From Azolla caroliniana (lineage: Eukaryota; Plantae; Polypodiophyta), in assembly GCA_043228905.1 (NCBI GenBank), contig JBHGNT010000018.1:9424001-9488000 (forward strand): 64,000 bases of DNA, in the 5' to 3' direction. A program made the position numbers and the translations under genes. Position 1 is the first letter of the stretch. Each line of letters opens with the position of its first letter. Shown here one piece after another: positions 12,154 through 21,665 of this stretch. The notes below the pieces were generated by a model. That model made no database searches. It was not told the DNA's origin and saw nothing but the letters and a program-made list of their open reading frames with translations.

Positions 12154-15100
12154 CTATCCCCCCTTTAAAACGACGAGTTTCACGAGTCGTTTTGGATTGA
12201 GGACCCGGTTTCTCGGGATATCGTCGATGGAAGTCTTCTAGAAGAGCACGAGCATTGGTCACATTCTCGATCGGTTCCCAAGTACGCTCGCTGGGACTAT
12301 ATCCTAGCCAATCGACTAGATAGTAGAGCTTGTTGCGAACAATCTTGGAATCGAGGATGGCAGCGACCTCATACTCAAGTCCATCTTCGAGCTCGATAGG
12401 AGGTGGAGGTTGTATAGTACGTCCTGGGATAGTGCTCTCGTGATAGGGTTCGAGGAGAGAACTATGAAACACCGGGTGTATCCGAAGTTGCGGAGGTAGC
12501 TCGAGACGAAAAGCGACATCATTAATCTTCCCGATAATACGGAAAGGACCTAATCGCCGATAATCCAACTTCTCACATGGGCGAGTAGTCTTGATGTGTC
12601 GTCGTAGCAGCCACACCCGATCTCCAATGTTAAAACTGGATGGAAGTCGATGACGATCTGCGTAGTCCTTGTGTGATTCTTGAGCTTGCTGGAGTTGAGT
12701 AGATAAATCCGCTTGTATCTTGCATAACCGCTCCAAACGATCCTCCGCGCAAGGATTTGTGGACACTTCTGGGGTTTCAAGGACACACCACCGGGGATGA
12801 TATCCCGTATAAGCGTAGAATGGCGTGACTTTAGTCGATGCGTGGATAGCGTTATTATAGGCAAATTCGGCGAACTGAAGAATATCTGCCCAGTCATTCT
12901 GATGATAGTTGAGAAAGCACCGCAGATACTGCTCCAGTGTTTGATTTGTTCGTTCGGCTTGACCGTCGGTTTGTGGGTGGTAGCCGGAGGAGAGGTTACA
13001 AGTGACCTTCAACATTTTAAAAAGGTGCTTCCAGAATTTTGACACAAACTGGGGTCCACGATCGCTGATGATATTATCAGGGAGTCCATGATGCCGACAT
13101 ACTTCCCGCATGACAATTTCGGCGGTGTCTTCACTAGATATTTCTTTAGTACATGGTAAGAAATGAGCCATCTTCGTATATCGATCCACCACTGTGAGAA
13201 TCGCACTGAATCCCTTAGAGACTGGAAGATCTGTAATGAAGTCAAGAGCAATGGATTGCCATGGCTTGCTTGGAATTGGTAATGGTTCTAATAAACCATA
13301 TGGATGATGTCTTGGCATTTTCGCTCTGCAGCATGTATCGCAAGTCCGAACAAAATCTTCGACAAATTGTCGCATACGGGGCCACCAGAATGATCGTTGT
13401 ACTAAATCTAATGTTTTAGTACTACCAAAATGTCCTGCTGTATATGTGTCATGGCAGTTTTGTACTACTCGAAGGCGGCAAGAACCATTAGGAACATACA
13501 AAAGTTTTTTAAAGAAGAGTAATCCATCACAGTATTTGAATTGCCGATAATCCGTACCTGGTGATTGTGATTGTGAACATGACGCTCGAGAGGGGTCAAT
13601 TTGTGCTAGTATAGCTTGGGCGAAAGCGTCAGTCTTCAAGTCCTCACGTATAGTATTGGTAATGTCGGAATCCACGGGCATGTCAAAGACCTGTGCTGCT
13701 TGCAGTCGTGCTGGACCCAAGATTACTTGCTTCTGGTTATCGAAAGCTGGCTCACCGGGACGTGGTGTTAGATACGAACGCCGTGATAATGCATCTGCCT
13801 TCCCTTGGTGCTTCCCCGGACGATATGTAATTTTGAAGTCGAAGCGTGTGAGGAAGTGGGCCCACCGAGCTTGACGTCGATTCAGTACACGAGCATCTTG
13901 AAAGTAGGCAAGGTTCTTGTGGTCACTGAATACAGTGACCTGATGAGGAGATCCCTCCAGGAAATGCCTCCATTGCATAAAAGAATCAACTATTGCTAAT
14001 AGCTCTTTATCATGAATTTCGTAGTTGATTTCGGCGGCGTCAAACTTACGGGAGTGGAAAGCCACAGGATGTAGCTTCTCGTCGTTACCCTGTTGTGACA
14101 GAATGCTCCCCAATGCGAAATCCGATGCATCAGCTTCGATAATGAATGGTTTTTCCGGATCCACATGACCTAAAATTGGAGCTGATGTAAACGCCTTCTT
14201 AAGACTCTCGAAAGCCATGTCCGTCTCTTTAGACCAAATGAATGATTGTCCCTTCCTGGTGAGCTGTGTGAGAGGCAGCACAATTTTTGAGTAATTTTGT
14301 ATAAACTTCCGGTAGAAATTTGCAAAGCCTAGGAAGCATTGCACATCCCGCACCGAACGCGGAGTGTGCCATTCCATCACCGTTTTGACCTTGGCTGGGT
14401 CCATAGATATGCCTTCTGAGGAGATGACATAGCCGAGAAACTCCACTTGGTTGCACCCGAAACTACATTTCTCTAACTTTGCATACAGACCATGTTCTCG
14501 AAGTCGTTTTAGTACTAATAGTACATGAGAATCATGTTCTTCTTGGGTCTTTGAATAAACCAGTAGATCATCCAAATAGATGATCAAAAAATCATCCAAG
14601 AGATCTCGAAATATATCATTCGCCATGTGCTGGAAGACTGCCGGCGCATTAGTGAGTCCAAACGGCATGACCGTATACTCGAAGTGCCCATATCTGGTGC
14701 GAAACGCGGTCTTCCATTCATCTCCTGGTCGGATCCGTACGAGGTTATAGGCTCCTCGTAAGTCGATCTTCGTGAAGAACCTGGCACCGTTGATCCGTTC
14801 TAAAAGACTTGAGATAAGGGGAAGAGCATACCTATTTCTTACTGTGACCTTATTCAAGCCACGGTAATCTACAACGAGTCGAAGCGAGCCATCTTTTTTC
14901 TTGACGAAGAAAATGGGTGCGCCGGCTGGAGATTTCGAATGCCGAATGAAACCGTTCTCCAAATTCTCCTCTATATAGGCTCGAAGGACTTCTAGCTCGG
15001 TTGGTGACAAATTGTAGATCGGCCCCCATGGCGGCTCTTTTCCCGGTTGTAAGTCGATGGCGCAGTCGTACGGCCGATGATGAGGAAGTGTGTTGGCTTG

Positions 15101-15742
15101 TACTTTATCGAACACATCAGCATACTGACGATACTTCTCGGGAAGTTGAACGGTGGACTCCTCTTTGGTGGTGCTGGAGGGTTGTACTGATATTGCAAAG
15201 AGAAACATTTCCTCCTTGCGCCCTTCCTCACGCAACTGACGTAGCGAAATGGTTGCAACCTTCTGGGTAGATTCTTGGGTTTGTCGCAACCGGATTTCCC
15301 TTGTCCTCCAATCTATGTCTGGGTCATGTAACTCGAACCATGGTAATCCTAAAACTATGGGATGTTCTGGAATACTAATAATATTAAATGATACTACACA
15401 TGTTAAGTTATCTAGGACAATATTAACGGGTTCCGACTCTTCTATGATATTACCAGAAGCAATGGGACGACCATCAATGACTACTACTGAGGCTGGACAT
15501 GGGAGCTTTCTGAGAGATATCTGATGAGCACGGGCAAAATTCCTATCCATGAAGCAAGAGTTAGCTCCAGAATCTAGAAGGGCTAAGGTATGTACTGGAG
15601 GGGTACTTTTAGTACTAACTGCTACTTGGGCTACGAACACATCACTAACTTGCTTAGAGGGAATGGAACCACTAATGGGCTGCACAGATCTAGGGCTGTC
15701 CAACCAAACGGCTCCTATTTTGGCTGGACTTAGTCGTTTAAC
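12146..15742 (-). CDS. pol: Pol polyprotein of element D (protease-RT-RNase H-integrase-chromodomain)
   Basis: LLDSGA protease; IYLDDLL RT; EADASDF...DKELLAI RNase H; HHCC and DDE integrase; GPF motif; chromodomain YEVAAILDSK...YLVDWLGY...TWEP. The frame is open upstream to the gag overlap. Confidence 0.95.
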   Translation of the reverse strand, partial: VKRLSPAKIGAVWLDSPRSVQPISGSIPSKQVSDVFVAQVAVSTKSTPPVHTLALLDSGANSCFMDRNFARAHQISLRKLPCPASVVVIDGRPIASGNIIEESEPVNIVLDNLTCVVSFNIISIPEHPIVLGLPWFELHDPDIDWRTREIRLRQTQESTQKVATISLRQLREEGRKEEMFLFAISVQPSSTTKEESTVQLPEKYRQYADVFDKVQANTLPHHRPYDCAIDLQPGKEPPWGPIYNLSPTELEVLRAYIEENLENGFIRHSKSPAGAPIFFVKKKDGSLRLVVDYRGLNKVTVRNRYALPLISSLLERINGARFFTKIDLRGAYNLVRIRPGDEWKTAFRTRYGHFEYTVMPFGLTNAPAVFQHMANDIFRDLLDDFLIIYLDDLLVYSKTQEEHDSHVLLVLKRLREHGLYAKLEKCSFGCNQVEFLGYVISSEGISMDPAKVKTVMEWHTPRSVRDVQCFLGFANFYRKFIQNYSKIVLPLTQLTRKGQSFIWSKETDMAFESLKKAFTSAPILGHVDPEKPFIIEADASDFALGSILSQQGNDEKLHPVAFHSRKFDAAEINYEIHDKELLAIVDSFMQWRHFLEGSPHQVTVFSDHKNLAYFQDARVLNRRQARWAHFLTRFDFKITYRPGKHQGKADALSRRSYLTPRPGEPAFDNQKQVILGPARLQAAQVFDMPVDSDITNTIREDLKTDAFAQAILAQIDPSRASCSQSQSPGTDYRQFKYCDGLLFFKKLLYVPNGSCRLRVVQNCHDTYTAGHFGSTKTLDLVQRSFWWPRMRQFVEDFVRTCDTCCRAKMPRHHPYGLLEPLPIPSKPWQSIALDFITDLPVSKGFSAILTVVDRYTKMAHFLPCTKEISSEDTAEIVMREVCRHHGLPDNIISDRGPQFVSKFWKHLFKMLKVTCNLSSGYHPQTDGQAERTNQTLEQYLRCFLNYHQNDWADILQFAEFAYNNAIHASTKVTPFYAYTGYHPRWCVLETPEVSTNPCAEDRLERLCKIQADLSTQLQQAQESHKDYADRHRLPSSFNIGDRVWLLRRHIKTTRPCEKLDYRRLGPFRIIGKINDVAFRLELPPQLRIHPVFHSSLLEPYHESTIPGRTIQPPPPIELEDGLEYEVAAILDSKIVRNKLYYLVDWLGYSPSERTWEPIENVTNARALLEDFHRRYPEKPGPQSKTTRETRRFKGGIVS

Positions 15743-16899
15743 TCTTCTTCTAATTGGCTAAGGACATCAAATTTGTTTGCGAGATTCGGACTATTAGTAC
15801 TATTAGGACTATTATGACTATGAGGATTATCAGAGATTCCTACTGAAATAGACTCGGGTTTAGTATAGTCAGAACTAACAATGACTTGGTTTACCTGCCT
15901 TCTTGGTCTATGGGGACAGTTTATCGCGATATGCCCTGGTCCACCGCAATAAAGGCATAATCGGTTTGTTCGGCGTCGTTGTTTTTCCTCCTCCGATAGC
16001 GGCCCACGACGACGTGTAGTGTCAATTTCCATTGGAGTTGGAGTACTTACTGGAGGCGCATTATGTGACTCCCTTTGAAAAGGTTTCGCTACCACTGAGG
16101 CATAGGTAGGCTCGGATCTTGCCCTCGGCATCTGAAATTGTCGTTCCGAACGTCGCTCGAAGAGGCGGTTGTCACATCTGACCGCTCGACTGATTGCTTC
16201 TGTTAATGATTTTGGCTCTTCAGGGAAAGTCAAGAGTAAATCCTTGACATCGTTGCGTAGACCATAGCGGAACTGCTCCATCAATGCTTGATCATCCCAG
16301 GGGATATCGGCGGCGAGTAGGCGGAAATCTGCAGCATATGCGGAGGCTGGACGGTCACCTTGGCGTAATCGCCGGATTTTGTTGATTGCAGTCCTTATGC
16401 TGTCAGTATCTCCAAAACATGCTTTAAACTCACTTATGAATTCTTCAAAATTATTTAGTACTGGAGATTCCTTTTCTAGTAGCGGAGCGAACCATGCTAA
16501 TGCTGAGCCATTTAACAACGTGCCTACTAAACCCACTCGTGATGCATCGGTGGGATATCGGGACGGATGCATTTGAATAACTAACTGTACCTGGTTAAGA
16601 AACCCTCTAAACTGCGATCGCGTTCCATCGAACTTCGTGGGAAGGCCAATCTTGGGTTCTTTATGAATCCCTTGTGCTCCGTGCCCTTGTTGTTGCATTG
16701 CTACGATGGTTGCTTCGAGTTGTTGCACGCGTAACGCAAGTTCCCCATGCTGTTGTTGCGTTTGCTGCTTTTCTAAGGAAATTTGCTGAAGATCCCCCAA
16801 CAAGCGTTGATTTTCTTGTTCCAAAGCATGAAACTTCTCTTTCAAGCATTGAAATTCCGAGAAAACGGATTGATACTCTTCAGCGCTAACGGTGGCCAT
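15730..16899 (-). CDS. gag: Gag of element D
   Basis: 389 aa: N-terminal coiled coil, PTKFDGTRSQFRGFL capsid region, PTPMEID, and zinc knuckle CLYCGGPGHIAINC. Confidence 0.95.
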   Translation of the reverse strand: MATVSAEEYQSVFSEFQCLKEKFHALEQENQRLLGDLQQISLEKQQTQQQHGELALRVQQLEATIVAMQQQGHGAQGIHKEPKIGLPTKFDGTRSQFRGFLNQVQLVIQMHPSRYPTDASRVGLVGTLLNGSALAWFAPLLEKESPVLNNFEEFISEFKACFGDTDSIRTAINKIRRLRQGDRPASAYAADFRLLAADIPWDDQALMEQFRYGLRNDVKDLLLTFPEEPKSLTEAISRAVRCDNRLFERRSERQFQMPRARSEPTYASVVAKPFQRESHNAPPVSTPTPMEIDTTRRRGPLSEEEKQRRRTNRLCLYCGGPGHIAINCPHRPRRQVNQVIVSSDYTKPESISVGISDNPHSHNSPNSTNSPNLANKFDVLSQLEEELND

Positions 16900-17120
16900 G
16901 GGATGAAGGAAAAGGGAAATAAGAGACTAGTAGGAAAGGAGGGAGACAGAAGGAAGAGGGAGACTAGTAGGGAAAATCGGTTCAAACTGTCAGGAACTCT
17001 ATTAAGGCAGAGAAGGAATTAGTACTAAAAGAAGGATTAGTACTATTGTTGGGGAATAGTACTAAGACAGAGAAGGATTAGTACTATGAGAGGTGTCGAA
17101 CTTTGAGAGAAGGAATGAGT

Positions 17121-17166
<46 letters not shown>

Positions 17167-19345
17167 TGATGCGAAAGATATATGTATTATATGACGGAAG
17201 ATATACAACAGTAGTTAGAAGGCTTAAGACTGGCGTTGAACCGATTTGGTTCGAACTAATGCCTTGCGCCTCCTTTTATAGTGTCTTCAGGAATACTCCT
17301 GAAGTTTCTAGAATGTTCCAGAGAAATCTGGAATATACATCAATTTCCCAATAAAACCTAAATGAAAATAATATCCTTCAAATTACAATTCATACCCTAA
17401 TGGTAAAGTCTCGACCCGTGTAACAAAAGGTTATGGGTTCGAGTCTAGTTATGACAGTGCCCACTTTGTCCACCATTTTACGGAGCTTTCATCAATCAAG
17501 TGCTTCGTCTGATTCAACCATGCCCGGAGGATGGACTGAATCCGGCTCGTTCCCAATTGCGATTTGGTTTCTGCCGCTTGCCGTTCCTCCTTCAGTTGTT
17601 TGATGATTTTTACGTTGTCCTCCGCCTGCGCCTTGTAATGCGTCAGTTGCCTTTGATATGTACTTTGTAATCTCTGCAATACTGTAGACGCTCTCTCTTT
17701 GTCTTCCTGCTGCTGCTTCTGGAGCTTCATCCGGACCTTCTCCGCCTCTTCCAAGCGTCTTGTATTTTCCACCCGTTCGTCGGCGATCGCCGTTGCGGCC
17801 CGATCAACTGCCTGCTGGAGCTCGGCCATCCGTTCTTTATGCTCTATTTCCAACCGTTTGTAGTCCCGGTGCAGGTGCTCAAAATCATCCGTCTTTTGCT
17901 TGAGTCGTGCGTTGATCTGACGACGGGCCCGGTCCTCGCGGTCCTTCTGCTGGCGGAGCTCTTCCTTTAGCCGTTCTATCTCTATTTCCGCCGTTTTCCG
18001 CAGCTTGTCCTTTTCCTGCAGCACTTTGTCTTTCTCCTCCTTTAGCCGGTCGTACGCTTGATGGCCTTTCCGGAGGCTCTCCTCTGCCCGACGGAGGTTC
18101 TCAGCAGTCTTCTTTAATTCGGCTTCGGCTGCCGTCTTCAATTCTCGTTCACGGCTCCTTAGCGCTTCTTGTGCGGCAAGTTCCTCTCTCAATTCCGCAA
18201 GCTCCCGAGCTTGTGCCGCATCTCTCGCCGGAACGGTTTCCGTTGCCGGGTCTTATTCCTATGTACAGGTCGTTCCGTTTCATTATTCTATACACTTACC
18301 GGAGTCACCGGTGATTGGATCCCATCGTGGTCGCCAAAAACTGTGTTAACTCTTCGGGCCGGACAATGGCCTAACACAGGGTGTCTACGTGAGACACTTC
18401 AGCAAAGGGTGTTACGGCAACCGGATTAGACTTCAACGCTTAATCCGACTTAGTTAAGTTACTTATTAGGATCGTCTTCATAACACGCGTAAGATATACA
18501 ATTAAGACAGAACGGCAATTGACAGAGATATAACAACGCTTAAGCTTTCATTAATTAACCGCTAACTATTACATTGTATCCGGGCCTTTAAATAGGTTTC
18601 CGGTCTGTATTACAAAACAGTGCCATCCGCACCTGTTCGGGATCGGTCCGGATCCAGAACGGCATACCGATTCCGATCCGTCCGTCCACACTCATAGCTT
18701 AATTACAACCACATTCCTACTACTTAATTAGCTCTCCGTTTCCCACTCTGGACTCCTTTGCCGGCCGGTAACAAAAGCTTAGTTCACCTAGGATAAACTT
18801 TAGTTAAAAGAAAACACATATGCTAAAAGAAAAAGCTACGCATGCACATCTAGCGTGCATGAACGTTATAGTTGATAAAAAAACGCACAAGTTAGAAAAA
18901 GCATGATCACTTTAGATAAAGCATATAGTCTATCTATAGGAAAAGCATGGAGTCTATAGTTAGAAAAAGAAAACATGGATTTCTAAGACTCCCTCATCAC
19001 TACATAAGGATGGGGAGCACAATGTAAAAAGGTGTGAAATATTTGGGAAATTGGATATATTTCCTAAAACACCAATTAATAAACTATACTCGTGGGATTC
19101 ACGAGATTTCTATATCTTTCTCTATCAATCAAAATACATATTCTTACATAAATATTAATCAATAAAATACATTATACTTGTGGGATTCACAAGTTTCTAA
19201 TAATCTACTCATAATTATAATCGTCTCAAATTCTTCCTCCTCCTAGTCCAAAACCTTGGTGGTTCCCACCCGACTCACGCAACGATCCGGAGCCGAAAGG
19301 CACGACACAAGTGGTGAACCCGACGTGAATACGGGTGGCAAGGAG

Positions 19346-20584
19346 ATGGAGAATCAACAAGCTAACAATATGATGGCAATGTTTGAGCGGATGCTACAAG
19401 AACAACGCGCGATGTCGGAGATTTCGGCAGCAATAGAGCGGCTCGTGCAATGCAACGGGCAATTCAACGGAAAGGATGTGTCACGCTATCTATGCGAATA
19501 CAAGGGTGAGATGATGCAATGTGGGATACCGGAAGGATTGCAAGTGACATCCTTCAATCGAGTAGTCACAGATGAGTTACAAGAGAGAATCCACAAAATA
19601 GGGCAACAAAGCCCGACATGGGAGTCCTTTGAAGAAGCTTTACGAGAGGCATATGATTTCAAGAGATTGAAGGGACAAGATCGGCGAGAATTCGACGAAT
19701 GGGTGGCATTGGAGAAGACCTACCGAAGTGCAACACAAGTATTCCTAGAGTTCGAGCATCGTTTTCCTCGACTCTCGGAGCGGGAACAACGATTGGTGGG
19801 AGAGTATAAAGTCTTAATGTTCTTAAGATCGATCGATCGGAAAGAAAGGATGGACATCGGGATCGAACTCGAAGATGATGATGGTGCAAATGGCCTTACC
19901 GAGGATTGGGCTGAAGTCGAAAGAGTATGTCGAAGACATGATAAGAGGAAGATGAGAATATCGTCGGCAACAACATGGCTTATGAGGGATGATCGATTAA
20001 GGATAAACTATGTGGCTAATATAAAGGCCGAAATACAACATGATGGTGCGATGGAAGAGGGTGTAAAACAAGCTACCCTCTTGTCTTGTGAAAGAACGAC
20101 GGCGAAGGATAAGGCCGATAACCCAAGTGTAGAAGAAGATTTCGGAATACAAGTGTCCGAAACATCGGGTGAAAAAGGGGTAAGCATAATTGATGTTTGC
20201 ATAATTGATGCCGTGAAAGAGAGCAAGGAGGACTTGATTGAGGAGGTCGCCACGAAAGATGACATCGAATCGAAGGTGGCTATGGATAAATCAATGGCGG
20301 ATGGCCATATCGAGACTTCCCCACAACTGATTCCAGAGACTCCGGCAGTTGCGTTCGAAAGGCAACGTGAGACTGAAGAGACGGAAGGTGGTGGAGAGAA
20401 AACAAAGGTCAAAGCCAATTCATACGACGGAGAGATAGCCGAGAAGGAGGCTATGGTTGAAATGACAAAGGATGATAATACCGAGGGTACATGCAACCTA
20501 ATCCTAGAGACTTCGACGGTTGCATCCGAGAAGCAACGTGAGACCGGAGAGACAGGAGATGGCGGCAAGGAAGGTAAAGTCTGA
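19346..20584 (+). CDS. Gag-like ORF of element B with a long acidic, internally duplicated tail
   Basis: FNGKDVSRYL...TWESFEEAL...VLMFLRSID...GLTEDWAEVERVC aligns by eye with the gag of element E (SGKDATKYL...TWEEFEGRL...VLLFVKSVD...GLTTDWAAVKRVC). No pol follows. Confidence 0.75.
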   Translation: MENQQANNMMAMFERMLQEQRAMSEISAAIERLVQCNGQFNGKDVSRYLCEYKGEMMQCGIPEGLQVTSFNRVVTDELQERIHKIGQQSPTWESFEEALREAYDFKRLKGQDRREFDEWVALEKTYRSATQVFLEFEHRFPRLSEREQRLVGEYKVLMFLRSIDRKERMDIGIELEDDDGANGLTEDWAEVERVCRRHDKRKMRISSATTWLMRDDRLRINYVANIKAEIQHDGAMEEGVKQATLLSCERTTAKDKADNPSVEEDFGIQVSETSGEKGVSIIDVCIIDAVKESKEDLIEEVATKDDIESKVAMDKSMADGHIETSPQLIPETPAVAFERQRETEETEGGGEKTKVKANSYDGEIAEKEAMVEMTKDDNTEGTCNLILETSTVASEKQRETGETGDGGKEGKV

Positions 20585-21665
20585 AGCCGGTTCAGATGGA
20601 AGATGATCCGTCTGAAATTCCGGTCTAAAAGAAAGCTAAAGCAAGCGGAAGTGGATCCGGACACAATCCGAGAGTTCGACACAAGGAAATCATTCCAACC
20701 GGAAGTCGATTGAACGAGACCGATCCGGAAAGAAGTTCCGGAAGTCAAACCGGTCGAGACCAGTGAAAACAAAGAAAAGAAAGAAAATCTGGACGGAAAC
20801 CAATTGGTCGAAACCGACCCGAAAGGGGGACGAATCGGTAAAAACAGATCAACCGAGTCCGAATTGGCCGAATACGAATTGGAACGGAAGCCGATCCAAC
20901 CGAAAGACAATCGGACGACACCGATTCGGAAAGAAGCTAATCCGACTCAACCGGAGATCCGAAAAGAAATCAATATTGATAAAGACAAGGAAGTGTTAGG
21001 AAACAGGTCCCTCCGAATGAGGAGTACCCGGCTACGGATGACCCGGTGAGAACCGGATCATGAAGACCCGGTGAGAACCGGATCATGAAGACCCGGTGAG
21101 AACCGGATGATGATTGCCCGGCAAGCACCGGATGATGCAGGCCCGGTGAAGAGTGATCACCGGATGAAGGGACATATTCGTAAATATGTTTCTGAGAGTC
21201 CATCGGGGCTATATTTGTAAATAGCTGAAAAGTCATTTTAGTATAAATATGACTTAGGGCAAACTGTTGTTTAGGTGTATGTGGGTGTTGTCATTCTTGT
21301 TGGCGCAAGATTAGAGCGCAACAATGTATAGAGAGAGAGAGAGAGAAAGAAAGAAACGAAGAGGTCGTTGTCTGTTGTAACCGTCGCCTGTGGCGAAGAT
21401 CGTGAGCACGAGGTCATTGCCTCTGTGAGCTCATTGTTGTAATCTTTGTGATATAGTGATAGTTCGTAGTCTGTGGGTTGTCGTGGTTTTTCCCTATTTT
21501 GGGTTTTCCACGAAAACATCCTGTGTACTCTTTTCTCTCCTCTGTGTCGTGCATTCATTATCCGTTTTTTCTGTGTTTCGATTTTAGACTCGGTTGTGGC
21601 CGAATGTGGCGAAAGGGAGCGTGCATTCCTGTCAAAGTGGTATCAGAGCAAGGCAACACAGAAAA

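Larger units (their letters stand above)
11683..17456 (-). mobile_element. LTR element D: apparently intact Ty3/Gypsy chromovirus (Tcn1/Tf1-like)
   Basis: LTRs at 11683-12153 and 16988-17456 are identical by eye except for one GA unit. TSD GTGCC at 11678-11682 and 17457-17461. PPT ggggggatag. Gag and pol are uninterrupted. Confidence 0.97.
11151..18250 (-). pseudogene. Coiled-coil (E/K/R/Q-rich) ORF of element C, split by element D
   Basis: Removing D and one TSD copy joins ORF 17449-18192 in frame to ORF 11304-11657 (...WWTKWAQNAAELQLLRADVAN...). A single TAG at 11304 is followed by a Q/P-rich tail ending ILDILDEE* at 11151. Confidence 0.8.
10667..18773 (-). mobile_element. LTR element C: small non-autonomous element (2.33 kb without D) encoding a coiled-coil protein
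   Basis: 430-bp LTRs at 10667-11096 and 18344-18773 (TGTTA...TAACA, about 7 differences). TSD AAAGC at 10662-10666 and 18774-18778; the B 3' LTR has a single AAAGC at the equivalent site. No gag or pol motifs are recognisable. Confidence 0.92.

Noticed and set aside
21040-21170. CRISPR-like short repeats
   Set aside because: These are head-to-tail U3 repeats with no unique spacers, in a eukaryotic Copia LTR with no cas genes.
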